Shown here: one piece after another, positions 35,723 through 35,788 of the stretch | Numbering within the stretch: position 1 is the first letter of the stretch | How the letters are laid out: every line of letters starts with the position of its first letter | Source: Thermoproteota archaeon | Lineage (GTDB): Archaea; Thermoproteota; EX4484-205; JAAOZP01 | Assembly (NCBI GenBank): GCA_038883435.1 | Contig: JAVZMD010000003.1 | Location: 1-35,788 of the forward strand | Length of the DNA stretch: 35,788 nt | Reading direction: 5' to 3' | Notes under the pieces: generated by a model | The model's database searches: none | Seen by the model: only the letters and a program-made list of their open reading frames with translations | What the model was told of the DNA's origin: nothing | Translations under genes and position numbers: made by a program

Positions 35723-35788
35723 CCTTAGAAGTATTCACCTATAGGAATATGACTTCGATAATAAACTATTTAAACACAGGAACGGGAA

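Noticed and set aside
1-35788. CRISPR array, IS element, rRNA or defence operon
   Set aside because: No regularly spaced repeats, transposase, rRNA-like tract or defence-type domains were seen; nearly all sequence is explained by housekeeping genes.

Overview
Archaeal core-genome window, most likely from a thermophilic TACK lineage outside the classical Thermoprotei. That placement is inferred from PolD small subunit plus PolB1, unsplit RpoB, a single fused RpoA'A'', an EndA with the crenarchaeal-type loop, and a GC-rich tRNA in a moderately AT-rich background. Contents in order: DUF2070 (partial), Sec61beta, PolD DP1, an ECF A-A'-T module, the exosome/proteasome superoperon (pop5, psmA, SBDS, rrp4, rrp41, rrp42, rpl37ae, pcc1, pfdB), PolB1, a Gfo/Idh/MocA dehydrogenase, two membrane hypotheticals, ino1, DUF371, pcm, fen1, a wHTH protein, EF-1beta, a 57-aa Zn-finger missed by the ORF track, pth2, glyS, DUF47, endA, an ArsR regulator, tRNA-Tyr(GUA) with two introns, the rpoH-rpoB-rpoA-rpl30e-nusA-rps12-rps7 cluster, guaB and two small accessory ORFs. 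I found no CRISPR array, transposase, integrase, intein or recognisable defence system, and I cannot support a claim of a new multi-gene system. The most noteworthy signals are the doubly interrupted tRNA-Tyr (a 15/16 D-loop intron and a branched 37/38 intron) about 0.7 kb from its splicing endonuclease, heavy TTG start usage in core genes, Gln-less PIP boxes in both PolB and FEN1, and motif losses in NusA, PsmA and EcfA'. All family calls come from motif recognition by eye; no database searches were run.
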